DNA from: an uncultured Candidatus Binatia bacterium
GTDB lineage: Bacteria; Desulfobacterota; Binatia; UBA9968; JAJDTQ01
Length of the DNA stretch: 64,000 nt
Direction: 5' to 3'
Assembly: GCA_965242525.1 (NCBI GenBank)
Contig: OZ251459.1
Span: 544,001 to 608,000 of the forward strand
This document shows, piece by piece, positions 53,394-63,593 of this stretch. The position numbers and the translations under genes were made by a program. Below the pieces are notes generated by a model. It did not search any database and had not been told where the DNA came from. It saw only the letters and a program-made list of their open reading frames with translations. The stretch's first letter is position 1; the number at the start of each line of letters is the position of its first letter.

Positions 53394-53447
53394 CGAACCG
53401 CGCTGCGCGTCTCCACCGGACGAACCGCAGTGCGCGTCTCCACCGGA
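53394..53447. repeat. 27-bp tandem duplication upstream of aminotransferase
   Basis: CGAACCGCGCTGCGCGTCTCCACCGGA / CGAACCGCAGTGCGCGTCTCCACCGGA. Confidence 0.8.
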
Positions 53448-53489
53448 CCCTAACACAAAGCCCGAGAAACGGTCAAAGTTGCGGAAACC

Positions 53490-53732
53490 GGCGCTTCCGG
53501 AATTCATGTGGGTTGTGACACTCTCCACCCCGTCATCCCCGCGAAAGCCCCGTCTCGTCATTCCCGCGAAAGCGGGAATCCAGACCTTGCGAGCAAACCC
53601 CGTGGGCGCCTCGTATGGGAGTACTCCCACAAAAGCTGGAAGAGCCCGGAAACCCGGAACAGCCATCTCCGTTCGCTGAGCCTGGCGAAATCCCCCGTTC
53701 GTCCTGAGCGTAGCGAAGCGAAGTCGAAGGAC
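53490..53732. repeat. Internally deleted repeat element A (53490-53652) plus family B copy (53693-53732)
   Basis: Matches both ends of 2920-3323 but lacks the second palindrome and tandem units; followed by family B core. Confidence 0.85.
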
Positions 53733-53776
53733 GCGCTTTCCCTGTGGTCCACCGTCCGACGGGGACGGGCCGGTTC

Positions 53777-54454
53777 CTACCGGACGTCGTCGTAGAGCTG
53801 CTTCAACCTCGGCGGGGGCACTCCGGCGAGGTAGAGCAGCTTCAAGGCCCACATGAGCAGGATGGTCCGTACGGGGCCGTTCCGTTCCCAGCGCCGGGCC
53901 GAGCTCACCACCCGGGACCCGAGGCACGCGATACGGCCTTCCCTCTTGAGCGCCCGGGAGAAGGCCACGTCCTCCATGATGGGGATCTCGGGGAAACCCC
54001 CGAGCCGCTCGAACACGGCGCGCCGGACGAACAGGGCCTGGTCCCCGGTGGCCACCCGGGTGAGGCGGGAACGGAGGCTGATGAGGCGGCCCACCAGCTT
54101 GAGCAGCGGGCGTTGGCTGTCCAGCCGGATGTCGAAGCGCCCGCCCACGCAGCGCGGGTCGTCCATGCGTTCCCGTATGTCGCTCCGGGCGGTGTCGGGC
54201 AGCCGGGTGTCGGCGTGGAGGAACAGGAGCACGTCGCCCTCGGCTTGCCGCGCGCCCCGGTTCATCTGGGCGGCGCGGCCCTTCCCGGACAACGCGAGCC
54301 TGGCCGCGCTCTGCCGCACGGCCTGGGCCGTGCCGTCGGTGCTGCCTCCGTCCACCACGATGACCTCGTGGGGCCGGAGGCGCGCCAAGTCCTCGATGGC
54401 GCCGCGGATGGCGCGTTCTTCGTCCAGGACCGGGATGATGACGGAGAGCCGCAT
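53777..54454 (-). CDS. GT2 glycosyltransferase, TIGR04283-like (radical SAM/arsenosugar-associated)
   Basis: SVIIPVLDE, VVDGGSTDGT, GRAAQMN.GA, FLHADT, GDQALF, MED, SARRW. Confidence 0.88.
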   Translation of the reverse strand: MRLSVIIPVLDEERAIRGAIEDLARLRPHEVIVVDGGSTDGTAQAVRQSAARLALSGKGRAAQMNRGARQAEGDVLLFLHADTRLPDTARSDIRERMDDPRCVGGRFDIRLDSQRPLLKLVGRLISLRSRLTRVATGDQALFVRRAVFERLGGFPEIPIMEDVAFSRALKREGRIACLGSRVVSSARRWERNGPVRTILLMWALKLLYLAGVPPPRLKQLYDDVR

Positions 54455-54487
54455 GGGCGGGGGGTCCGCCGGCCGCGCCCGGGGTCC

Positions 54488-55447
54488 TCAGACCAGCGCC
54501 CCGCCGCAACTGCTGCCGGTGCCCGCGGTGCAGGCGAAGCAGTGGTCCCCGGTAAGGATGGGCCGTTCCTCGAAGTCCGCGGCCGAGAACTCCCGGATGT
54601 GGGGCTTCCTGCCGTTGACCCGGCCCAGGGACATTTCGAGCATCTGGTTGAAGTCGCAGTCATAGACCGAGCCGTCCCATCCCACGCTCAGGAGGTCCCG
54701 GCACATGACCTTGTCCACCGTGTCGGGGTTGAAGTTGTCTTCCAGGAGTTTGAGGTAGTCGTCGTACTCGCCCCGCTGCACCAGGAACTTCCGAAAGCGG
54801 GTGATGGGCACGTTAGTGAGGCAGTAGAGGCGGTTGAAGACGATGCCGAAGTTGTCGCCGAGCATGCGGCGGTAGTCGCCCTCGAGCTGCTCCTGCGGCG
54901 GCGGCAGGTAGTTGCCCACCGGGTTGTACATGAGGTGCAACTCCAGGCCGGTGTCCGGCGCGCCGTATCCCAAGCGGTTGAGGTCCCGGAGCCCGCGGAT
55001 GCTGAGGTCGAACGTGCCGTCGCCCCGTTGGCTGTCCACGTTGTCCGGGGTGTAGCAGGGCAGGGAGCAGATCACCTCGACCCGGTGGCGCCGGAAGAAC
55101 TCGGGCAGGTATCCCTTGCCTTCCTCGTAGAAGACGGTCAGGTTGCAGCGGTCCATCACGTGGCGCCCCATCTCCTTGCAGGACTCCACGAGGTAGTCGA
55201 AATGGGGGTTCAGCTCCGGCGCGCCGCCGGTGATGTCCACCGTGGGGATGTCGGAACCGTCGAGGAACCGCAGCACGTCTTCCACGGTGCCCCGGGCCAT
55301 GATTTCCTTGCGGCCCGGCCCGGCCTCCACGTGGCAGTGGAGGCATGCCTGGTTGCAGTACTTCCCCATGTTGACCTGGAGCACTTGCAGCTTCTGCTTG
55401 TGCAGGGTCCGACCGCACCCGTTGACTTTCTGGGCAAAGTTTTCCGT
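54488..55447 (-). CDS. arsS: Radical SAM / Cys-rich protein, ArsS (TIGR04167)-like
   Basis: LQVNMGKYCNQACLHCHV, DITGGAPE, SLPCY, YDCDFNQML, HCFACTAGTGSSCGG; apparent start is ACG at 55447 after GGGAGG. Confidence 0.88.
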   Translation of the reverse strand, partial: TENFAQKVNGCGRTLHKQKLQVLQVNMGKYCNQACLHCHVEAGPGRKEIMARGTVEDVLRFLDGSDIPTVDITGGAPELNPHFDYLVESCKEMGRHVMDRCNLTVFYEEGKGYLPEFFRRHRVEVICSLPCYTPDNVDSQRGDGTFDLSIRGLRDLNRLGYGAPDTGLELHLMYNPVGNYLPPPQEQLEGDYRRMLGDNFGIVFNRLYCLTNVPITRFRKFLVQRGEYDDYLKLLEDNFNPDTVDKVMCRDLLSVGWDGSVYDCDFNQMLEMSLGRVNGRKPHIREFSAADFEERPILTGDHCFACTAGTGSSCGGALV

Positions 55448-55697
55448 AACCGCCTCCCGTGGACCGATTTCGACCCCGTCCGTTCACGGGGCCGTGGGCA
55501 GTCTTGCAATTGGCCCCGCATTGGTCAAGACTTGCAGCGGATTTTCCTTGCGCTTGGCGCCGGCGCTTGGCGCGTCCCGGCGCCCGGCGGAGGAAGACGA
55601 TACCGGGAAACACGTCGTGGTCACGTCGGCGCCCGGCGCGTCCCGGACGCCGATGCGGCTTCGGCCCGCGGACGAACCGCGGACGAAGGGAAGGACC

Positions 55698-56384
55698 GTG
55701 GACCCCCTTTCGAGAGAGATCCTGACTTTGTGGTTCGGCGGAGCGGACCTGGGCGTGGAGATGGAGAAGCGCCAGGTGTGGTTCCGCTCGACGCCCGAGT
55801 TCGACCGCTACCTCATCGATCACTATACGGAAGTCCACGAGCGGGCCGCGGCCGGCGAGTTCGACCACTTCCGGCAAACGCCCGAAGACTGCCTGACCCT
55901 CATCATGGCCCTGGACCAGTTCCCGCGGAACATCTACCGCGGCACGCCCCGGGCCTTCGCCACCGACCCCCAGGCCCGGGACGCGGCCAAGTACGCACTG
56001 GACTCGGGCTACGACCGGGCCTTTTCCCGCTGGCCCCGCACCTTCGTCTATCTGCCCTTCGAGCACAGCGAAGCCCTGCCCGACCAGGAGCGGGCGCTGG
56101 CCCTGTACCGGAGCCTCGGCAACGAGGACTCGTTGAAGGCCGCGGTCGGCCACCACGACGCCATCCGGCGCTTCGGCCGCTTCCCGCACCGGAACGCCGT
56201 CCTGGGCCGCCCCAACACCCCGGAAGAGGAAGAGTACCTCAAGGACCCGCCCCTGTGGGGCAAGACCGCGGCCGAGGCGGCCGAACTGGAGAGGCGGAAG
56301 GCTGCGGTCCTGGAGGTGGGTCGGGATGCTGGAGAAGCGGAAAACGGCGGTCCCGAAGAAGGATCGGGATTACGGAAACCCTGA
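55698..56384 (+). CDS. DUF924 family protein
   Basis: WF..., LDQFPRNIYR, FVYLPFEHSE, IRRFGRFPHRN..LGR. Confidence 0.88.
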   Translation: MDPLSREILTLWFGGADLGVEMEKRQVWFRSTPEFDRYLIDHYTEVHERAAAGEFDHFRQTPEDCLTLIMALDQFPRNIYRGTPRAFATDPQARDAAKYALDSGYDRAFSRWPRTFVYLPFEHSEALPDQERALALYRSLGNEDSLKAAVGHHDAIRRFGRFPHRNAVLGRPNTPEEEEYLKDPPLWGKTAAEAAELERRKAAVLEVGRDAGEAENGGPEEGSGLRKP

Positions 56385-56392
56385 ACGGTTCT

Positions 56393-56553
56393 CCCCGTTC
56401 GTCCTGAGCGTAGCGAAGCGGAGTCGAAGGACGCGCTCATGTTCCGCCGATCGTCCAGAGGTTCCCTGAGAGTCTATGGATTCCCGCCCCCGCTTCCGCG
56501 AGGACATGCTTTCGCGGGAATTGACGGGTGCGGGCGTCTGCGGGAATGACGGA
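56393..56553. repeat. Family B + family A composite repeat, direct repeat of 63861-63992
   Basis: ~130 bp near-identical to the block at the right end of the window. Confidence 0.85.
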
Positions 56554-56644
56554 GGCGGGCTTTCGCGGGCGCGAAGGACGGGGCGCCAAGGGCCAAGGAA
56601 ACGAGGGTCAAGGAACCAAAGGTCAGGGAACCGAAGACGGGGGA

Positions 56645-58216
56645 TCAGGAAGGCGTCTCCACCTCGAAGGCGGCGAGGTTTCGGTCGTGCTTGCTGAACT
56701 CCACGGCGATGAGGCGGACGGGCTGGCCCAGGCTGCGGTACTTGTCCGCGTAGCCCTTCTCCCTGAGTTGCCGCATGGCCTCCCCGGTGGGTTCCTTGTC
56801 CACGGTCTTGAACTCGAACAGGTAGATCCTGCCGTCGAAGCGCACGGTCATGTCCGCGCGGCCCGCGCTCGAACTCTCCTCGGCGATCAGATCCAGGCCC
56901 TGGGCGGCGAAACAGGAATAGACCACGCTGGCGTAGTAGCCCTCGTACTTCTGGATGGCGTTCTTGACGTGCCACTCGTAGGGGATGCCGGCGAAGATGG
57001 ACCGGAACAGCGCCTCCAGGCCGGCGAAGTCGTTGGCGGCCAGCAGTTCCCGCAGGGAGCCTTGGTCCGCCAGTTTCCTCGAGGCGTCGGGCAGCAGGGC
57101 CATGAGCAAACGCTCGTTGAGGCTCTCGCGCACTTCCTGGTTGGGATAGCCCAGACGGTAGCGGGTGCGTCCGTTCCGGTCATCCGCGTCCAGGATGGTG
57201 AGGTAGCCGGTCTGGAACAGGAGGGCCTCGGTGGCCATTTCGCCCACGTCGAAGGCCGACAGCAGGGTCTCGTCGCCGGCCATGCGGTCCAGGTCCAGGG
57301 AGGAGAGGCGGCGTTCCGTCAGGGCATTGACGAGGAAGCTGGGGGAGCCGGTCTCGAACCAGTGTGCCTCGAACTCGCGGGTGTCGAACAGCAGCAGGAC
57401 GTCGAAGGGGTTATAGACCTTCTCGTCCCCGCGCCATGAGTAGCCGTTGTACCATCGGCGTATCTCGTCCCGGTCCAGTCCGGGGAGTTCGGGCGCGAAC
57501 ACGGTGTCCAGGTCCCGGTCGGTGTAGCCGCAGACTGCGGAGTAGCGCGGGTCCAGGGTGATGTCCTTGAGGTTGTTGAGGCCGGAGAAGAGGCTCACCT
57601 TGGAGAACTTGCTCACCCCGGTGAGCAAGGTGAACTTGATGTGCGGGTCACAGTCCTTGATGACGGAGTACAGCCCGCGCAGGTAGTCCCGGTTGGCCTT
57701 GGCCACCTCGGGCGTCCCCAGGGCGTCGAGTATGGGTTTGTCGTACTCGTCCACCAATACCACCACGCGCTCCCCCGTGCTTTGGTGCAGCGACCGGACG
57801 AGACGCCGGAGGCGGGACGGGCCGCTGCCGGGCCGTGCGTCCATGCCGGCGCTCTTCTCCAGGTCGTCGAACTGGTCCGTCACGTCTTCCTCCAGCCAGT
57901 CCGGGTCCTTGTAGTTGCCGCTGCCGAAGCTGATCCGCACCACGGGGAAGCGCGCGTCCCAGTCCCATTGGTCGTGGATGGCGAGTCCCCGGAAGAGTTC
58001 TTCGCTGCCCTGGAACAGTTCCTTGATGGTGTCCAGCAGCAGGCTCTTGCCGAAGCGCCGTGGGCGGGAGAGGAAGTAGTGCTTGCCCCCGTTCACCAGC
58101 CGCCGGACCCAGGGGGTCTTGTCCACGTAGTAGTGGCCTTCTTCGCGGATTTCGCGGAAGGTCTGGATGCCGATGGGCAGCTTGCGCCTGGCGGCGCCGT
58201 GGTCGGGAAGGCTCAC
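56645..58216 (-). CDS. AAA-ATPase-like + PD-(D/E)XK nuclease (PDDEXK_9/DUF1703) protein, copy 1
   Basis: LPIGIQTF, YYVDKT, SRPRRFGKSL, VLVDEYDKP, LTGVSKFSK, WYNGY, YNPF, GRADM...LFEFK, QL..KGYA. Confidence 0.9.
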   Translation of the reverse strand: MSLPDHGAARRKLPIGIQTFREIREEGHYYVDKTPWVRRLVNGGKHYFLSRPRRFGKSLLLDTIKELFQGSEELFRGLAIHDQWDWDARFPVVRISFGSGNYKDPDWLEEDVTDQFDDLEKSAGMDARPGSGPSRLRRLVRSLHQSTGERVVVLVDEYDKPILDALGTPEVAKANRDYLRGLYSVIKDCDPHIKFTLLTGVSKFSKVSLFSGLNNLKDITLDPRYSAVCGYTDRDLDTVFAPELPGLDRDEIRRWYNGYSWRGDEKVYNPFDVLLLFDTREFEAHWFETGSPSFLVNALTERRLSSLDLDRMAGDETLLSAFDVGEMATEALLFQTGYLTILDADDRNGRTRYRLGYPNQEVRESLNERLLMALLPDASRKLADQGSLRELLAANDFAGLEALFRSIFAGIPYEWHVKNAIQKYEGYYASVVYSCFAAQGLDLIAEESSSAGRADMTVRFDGRIYLFEFKTVDKEPTGEAMRQLREKGYADKYRSLGQPVRLIAVEFSKHDRNLAAFEVETPS

Positions 58217-58344
58217 GGGGACGACCTCGTCCTCATGTGGACTCTCATCCTCACGGGGACAGCATAGCCCCTCGTAGGGGCGTGGTCAAAACCGCGAAAG
58301 CCCCCGCTTCCGTCATTTGGGGATGGGGGATCGAGGCCCCGCTT

Positions 58345-58512
58345 CGTCATTCCCGCGAAAGCCCCTTTCCCGTCATTCCCGCGAAAGCGGGAATCCATAG
58401 ACTCTTAGAAGATCGAAGAAAGTGGATTCCCGCTTTCGCGGGAATGACGGGGCGGGCGTCTGCGGAATGAGGCGGGGCGTCTGCGGGAATGACGGGGAAG
58501 GCTTTCGCGGGC
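58345..58512. repeat. Family A REP doublet with tandem half-units between array copies 1 and 2
   Basis: GTCATTCCCGCGAAAGCGGGAATCC-spacer-GGATTCCCGCTTTCGCGGGAATGAC. Confidence 0.85.
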
Positions 58513-58556
58513 GCGAAGGACGGGGCGCCGCCGGTCAGGGAACCGGGGACGGGGGA

Positions 58557-60072
58557 TCAGGAAGGCGTCTCCACCTCGAGGCGGCGAGGTTTCGGTCGTG
58601 CTTGCTGAACTCCACGGCGATGAGGCGGACGGGTTGGCCCAGGCTGCGGTACTTGTCCGCGTAGCCCTTCTCCCTGAGTTGCCGGGCGTTCCTTGTCCAC
58701 GGTCTTGAACTCGAACAGGTAGATCCTGCCGTCGAAGCGCACGGTCATGTCCGCGCGGCCCGCGGAATGATCCAGGCCCTGGGCGGCGAAACGAATAGAC
58801 CACGCTGGCGGTAGCCCTCGTACTTCTGGATGGCGTTCTTGACGTGCCATTCGTAGGGGATGCCGGCGAAGATGGACCGGAACAGCGCCTCCAGGCCGGC
58901 GAAGTCGTTGGCGGCCAGCAGTTCCCGCAGGGGGACTTCGTCCGCCAGTTTCCTCGAGGCGTCGGGCAGCAGTGCCATGAGCAAACGCTCGTTGAGGCTC
59001 TCGCGCACTTCCTGGTTGGGATAGCCCAGGCGGTAGCGGGTGCGTCCGTTCCGGTCATCCGCGTCCAGGATGGTGAGGTAGCCGGTCTGGAACAGGAGGG
59101 CCTCGGTGGCCATTTCGCCCACGTCGAAGGCCGACAGCAGGGTCTCGTCGCCGGCCATGCGGTCCAGGTCCAGGGAGGAGAGGCGGCGTTCCGTCAGGGC
59201 ATTGACGAGGAAGCTGGGGGAGCCGGTCTCGAACCAGTGTGCCTTGAACCGGCGTGACCGGAACAGCAGCAGGACGTCGAAGGGGTTATAGACCTTCTCG
59301 TCTCCCAGCCAGGAGTAGCCGTTGTACCAGCGGCGTATCTCGTCCCGGTCCAGGCCGGGGAGTTCGGGCGCGAACACGGTGTCCAGGTCCCGGTCGGTGT
59401 AGCCGCAGACCGCAGAGTAGTCCGGGTCCAGGGTGATGTCGATGAGGTTGTTCAACCCGGAGAAGAGGCCCACCTTGGAGAACTTGCTCACCCCGGTGAG
59501 AAGCGTGAACTTGACGTGGGTGTCGCAGTCCTTGATGACCGAGTAGATGCCGCGCAGGAAGTCCCGGTTGGCCTTGGCCACCTCCGGGGTCCCCATGGCA
59601 TCGAGGATGGGTTTGTCGTACTCGTCCACCAGCACCACCACACGGCGCCCTGTGCGCTCGTGGATGGCCTCGATCAGCGCCGCGAAGCGCCCGTCCGGTG
59701 TGGCGGAGTCCGAAACGATCCCTGCCGAGCGTTCGATGGGGGTCAGCTTGTCCATGAAGCTGGCTTCCAGCCGGTCGGGCCTGTCGAACCGGCCTGAACC
59801 GAAGCTGATCCGCACCACCGGGAAGCGCACGTCCCAGTCCCATTGATCGTGGATGGCGAGTCCCCGGAAGAGTTCCTCGCTGCCCTCGAACAGCTTGATG
59901 GTGTCCAGGCAGGCTCTTGCCGAAGCGCCGAGGCGGGAGAGGAAGTAGTGCTTGCCCCCGTTCACCATCCGCCGGACCCAGGGGGTCTTGGTAGTAGTGG
60001 CCTTCTTCGCGGGCGGAAGGCTGGATGCCGATGGGCAGCTTGCGCCTGGGGGCGCCGTGGTCGGGAAGGCTC
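58557..60072 (-). pseudogene. AAA-ATPase/PD-(D/E)XK paralog copy 2, multiple small deletions at both ends
   Basis: Start codon lost, frameshifts near 60030-59900 and 58810-58580; central part intact and homologous. Confidence 0.8.
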
Positions 60073-60143
60073 GGTCAGGGAACCGGGGAGCCCCTCGTAG
60101 GGGCGTGGTCAAAACCGCGAAAGCCCCCGCTTCCGTCGGGGGA

Positions 60144-61724
60144 TCAGGAAGGCGTCTCCACCTCGAAGGCGGCGAGGTTTCGGTCGTGCTTGCTGAACTC
60201 CACGGCGATGAGGCGGACGGGTTGGCCCAGGCTGCGGTACTTGTCCGCGTAGCCCTTCTCCCTGAGTTGCCGCATGGCCTCCCCGGTGGGTTCCTTGTCC
60301 ACGGTCTTGAACTCGAACAGGTAGATCCTGCCGTCGAAGCGCACGGTCATGTCCGCGCGGCCCGCGCTCGAACTCTCCTCGGCGATCAGATCCAGGCCCT
60401 GGGCGGCGAAACAGGAATAGACCACGCTGGCGTAGTAGCCCTCGTACTTCTGGATGGCGTTCTTGACGTGCCACAGGTTCGTAGGGGATGCCGGCGAAGA
60501 TGGACGCTGGCGGAACAGCGCCTCCAGGCCGGCGAAGTCGTTGGCGGCCAGCAGTTCCCGCAGGGGGACTTCGTCCGCCAGTTTCCTCGAGGCGTCGGGC
60601 AGCAGGGCCATGAGCAAACGCTCGTTGAGGCTCTCGCGCACTTCCTGGTTGGGATAGCCCAGGCGGTAGCGGGTGCGTCCGTTCCGGTCATCCGCGTCCA
60701 GGATGGTGAGGTAGCCGGTCTGGAACAGGAGGGCCTCGGTGGCCATTTCGCCCACGTCGAAGGCCGACAGCAGGGTCTCGTCGCCGGCCATGCGTTCCAG
60801 GTCCAGGGAGGAGAGGCGGCGCTCCGTCAGGGTATTGATGAGGAAGCTGGGGGAGCCGGTCTCGAACCAGTGGGCCTCGAACCGGCGTAACCGGAACAGC
60901 AACAGGACATCGAAGGGGTTATAGACCTTCTCGTCTCCCAGCCAGGAGTAGCCGTTGTACCATCGGCGTATCTCGTCCCGGTCCAGGCCGGGCAGTTCGG
61001 GCGCGAACACGGTGTCCAGGTCCCGGTCGGTGTAGCCGCAGACCGCGGAATAGTCCGGGTCCAGGGTGATGTCGATGAGGTTGTTGAGTCCTGAGAAGAG
61101 GCTCACCTTGGAGAACTTGCTCACCCCGGTGAGCAAGGTGAACTTGATGTGCGGGTCACAGTCCTTGATGACCGAGTAGATGCCGCGCAGGAATTCGCGG
61201 TTGGCCTTGGCCACCTCGGGCGTCCCCAGGGCGTCGAGGATGGGCTTGTCGTACTCGTCCACCAATACCACCACGCGCTCCCCCGTGCTTTGGTGCAGCG
61301 ACCGGACGAGACGCCGGAGGCGGGACGGGCCGCTGCCGGGCCGTGCGTCCATGCCGGCGCTCTTCTCCAGGTCGTCGAACTGGTCCGTCACGTCTTCCTC
61401 CAGCCAGTCCGGGTCCTTGTAGTTGCCGCTGCCGAAGCTGATCCGCACCACCGGGAAGCGCGCGTCCCAGTCCCATTGGTCGTGGATGGCGAGTCCCCGG
61501 AAGAGTTCCTCGCTGCCCTCGAACAGTTCCTTGATGGTGTCCAGCAGCAGGCTCTTGCCGAAGCGCCGGGGACGGGAGAGGAAGTACTGCTCGCCTTCGT
61601 CCACCAGCCGCCGGACCCAGGGTGTCTTGTCCACATAGTAGCAGCCGCCCTCCCGGATCTTGCGGAAGGTCTGGATGCCGATGGGCAGCTTGCGCCTGGG
61701 GGCGCCGTCTTCGGGAAGGCTCAT
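60144..61724 (-). CDS. AAA-ATPase/PD-(D/E)XK paralog copy 3 (short compensated frameshift near 60475-60510)
   Basis: Same motifs as copy 1; SIFAGIPYE replaced by out-of-frame QRPSSPASPTNL owing to two small insertions. Confidence 0.85.
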   Translation of the reverse strand: MSLPEDGAPRRKLPIGIQTFRKIREGGCYYVDKTPWVRRLVDEGEQYFLSRPRRFGKSLLLDTIKELFEGSEELFRGLAIHDQWDWDARFPVVRISFGSGNYKDPDWLEEDVTDQFDDLEKSAGMDARPGSGPSRLRRLVRSLHQSTGERVVVLVDEYDKPILDALGTPEVAKANREFLRGIYSVIKDCDPHIKFTLLTGVSKFSKVSLFSGLNNLIDITLDPDYSAVCGYTDRDLDTVFAPELPGLDRDEIRRWYNGYSWLGDEKVYNPFDVLLLFRLRRFEAHWFETGSPSFLINTLTERRLSSLDLERMAGDETLLSAFDVGEMATEALLFQTGYLTILDADDRNGRTRYRLGYPNQEVRESLNERLLMALLPDASRKLADEVPLRELLAANDFAGLEALFRQRPSSPASPTNLWHVKNAIQKYEGYYASVVYSCFAAQGLDLIAEESSSAGRADMTVRFDGRIYLFEFKTVDKEPTGEAMRQLREKGYADKYRSLGQPVRLIAVEFSKHDRNLAAFEVETPS

Positions 61725-61823
61725 GGGGACGACCTCATCCTCACGGGGACAGCATAGCCCCTCGCCGGGGCATGGTCAAAGCAGGCGCCGAGGGTCAGGG
61801 AACCGGGGACGGGGGGCGGGGGA

Positions 61824-63395
61824 TCAGGAAGGCGTCTCCACCTCGAAGGCGGCGAGGTTTCGGTCGTGCTTGCTGAACTCCACGGCGATGAGGCGGACGG
61901 GTTGGCCCAGGCTGCGGTACTTGTCCGCGTAGCCCCTGGCCTTCAACTGCGCCAGGGCCTCCCCGGTGGCTTCCTTCTCCACGGTCTTGAACTCGAACAC
62001 GTAGATCTTGCCGTCGAAGCGCACGGTCATGTCCGCACGGCCGGCGCTCGAACTCTCCTCTGCGACCAGGTCCAGGCCCTGGGCCGCGAAGCAGGAATAG
62101 ACCACGCTGGCGTAGTAGCCCTCGTAGTCCTGGATGGGGTTCCTGACGTGCCACTCGTAGGGGATGCCGGCGAAGATGGACCGGAACAACGCCTCCAGGC
62201 CGGCGAAGTCGTTGGCGGCCAGCAGCTTGCGCAGGGGACTCCTCCGGGCCTTCTGCCGCGAGGCGTCGGGCAGCAGGGCCAGGAGCAGGTGCCGGTTCAG
62301 GCTCTGGCGGACCTCGTGGTTGGGGTAGGCCAGGCGGTAACGGGTGGACTCCTCCTGGGCATCCTCCCCGGCGATGGTGAGGTAGCCGGTCTGGAACAGC
62401 AGGGCCTCGATGGCCATCTCGTCCACGTCGAAGGCCGACAGCATTTCTTCGTCGCCGACCATGCGGTCCAGGTCCAGGGAGGAGAAGCCGCCCTGCACCA
62501 GGGCGTCGATGAGGAACTTGGGGGAGCCGGTCTCGAACCAGTGTGCCTCGAACTTGCGGGTGTCGAACAGCAGCAGGACGTCGAAGGGGTTATAGACCTT
62601 CTCGTCCCCCAGCCATGAGTAGCCGTTGTACCATCGGCGTATCTCGTCCCGGTCCAGGCCGGGCAGTTCGGGCGCGAACACGGTGTCCAGGTCCCGGTCG
62701 GTGTAGCCGCAGACCGCGGAGTAGCGCGGGTCCAGGGTGATGTCCTTGAGGTTGTTGAGGCCGGAGAAGAGGCTCACCTTGGAGAACTTGCTCACCCCGG
62801 TGAGCAAGGTGAACTTGACGTGGGCGTCGCTGAACTTGATGACGGAGTACAGGTTGCGCAGGAAACTGCGGTTGGCCTTGGCCATCTCGGGCGCGTCCAG
62901 CACGTCGAGTATGGGCTTGTCGTACTCGTCCACCAACACAGCCACCCGTTGCCCGCTGCGCTTGTGCAGGGTCTCCAGCAGATGCCGGAAACGGTCCGGG
63001 GCCGTATCGTAGCGGGCTTCGACCCCGGCCTCCCTTTCGATGAGGTCCAACTGGATCATGGCCTCCCTGTCCGCCAGCCCCGGTTCGTCGAAGGGTCCCA
63101 CGCTGAAGTCCAGCCGCACCACCGGGAAGCGCGCGTCCCAATCCCATTGGTCGTGGATGGCGAGTCCCCGGAAGAGTTCTTCGCTGCCCTGGAACAGTTC
63201 CTTGATGGTGTCCAGCAGCAGGCTCTTGCCGAAACGCCGAGGTCGGGAGAGGAAGTAGTGCTTGCCCCCGTCCACCAGCCGCCGGACCCAGGGGGTCTTG
63301 TCCACGTAGTAGTGGCCTTCTTCGCGGATTTCGCGGAAGGTCTGGATGCCGATGGGCAGCTTGCGCCTGGCGGCGCCGTGGTCGGGAAGGCTCAC
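61824..63395 (-). CDS. AAA-ATPase/PD-(D/E)XK paralog copy 4
   Basis: Same motifs; 523 aa intact. Confidence 0.9.
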   Translation of the reverse strand: MSLPDHGAARRKLPIGIQTFREIREEGHYYVDKTPWVRRLVDGGKHYFLSRPRRFGKSLLLDTIKELFQGSEELFRGLAIHDQWDWDARFPVVRLDFSVGPFDEPGLADREAMIQLDLIEREAGVEARYDTAPDRFRHLLETLHKRSGQRVAVLVDEYDKPILDVLDAPEMAKANRSFLRNLYSVIKFSDAHVKFTLLTGVSKFSKVSLFSGLNNLKDITLDPRYSAVCGYTDRDLDTVFAPELPGLDRDEIRRWYNGYSWLGDEKVYNPFDVLLLFDTRKFEAHWFETGSPKFLIDALVQGGFSSLDLDRMVGDEEMLSAFDVDEMAIEALLFQTGYLTIAGEDAQEESTRYRLAYPNHEVRQSLNRHLLLALLPDASRQKARRSPLRKLLAANDFAGLEALFRSIFAGIPYEWHVRNPIQDYEGYYASVVYSCFAAQGLDLVAEESSSAGRADMTVRFDGKIYVFEFKTVEKEATGEALAQLKARGYADKYRSLGQPVRLIAVEFSKHDRNLAAFEVETPS

Positions 63396-63593
63396 GGGGA
63401 CGACCTCATCCTCATGTGGACTCTCATCCTCACGGGGACAGCATAGCCCCTCACCGGGGCGTGGTCAAAACCGGCGCTGCCGGTCACCGGGAGGCGATAC
63501 CCTGCGTAGTCCCAAGGGGGCGCTCGCCAAGGCGTGGTCAAAGCAGGCGCCGCCGGTCAAGGAACCGGGGACAGGGAACCGCGGCCGCCCTCC

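Noticed and set aside
54488-54530. Selenocysteine in the ArsS-like C-terminal motif
   Set aside because: The motif GSSCGG is encoded by TGC (Cys); no in-frame TGA within the conserved region.
56645-63395. Diversity-generating retroelement acting on the paralog array
   Set aside because: No reverse transcriptase in the window, and the differences are block replacements rather than adenine-specific substitutions.
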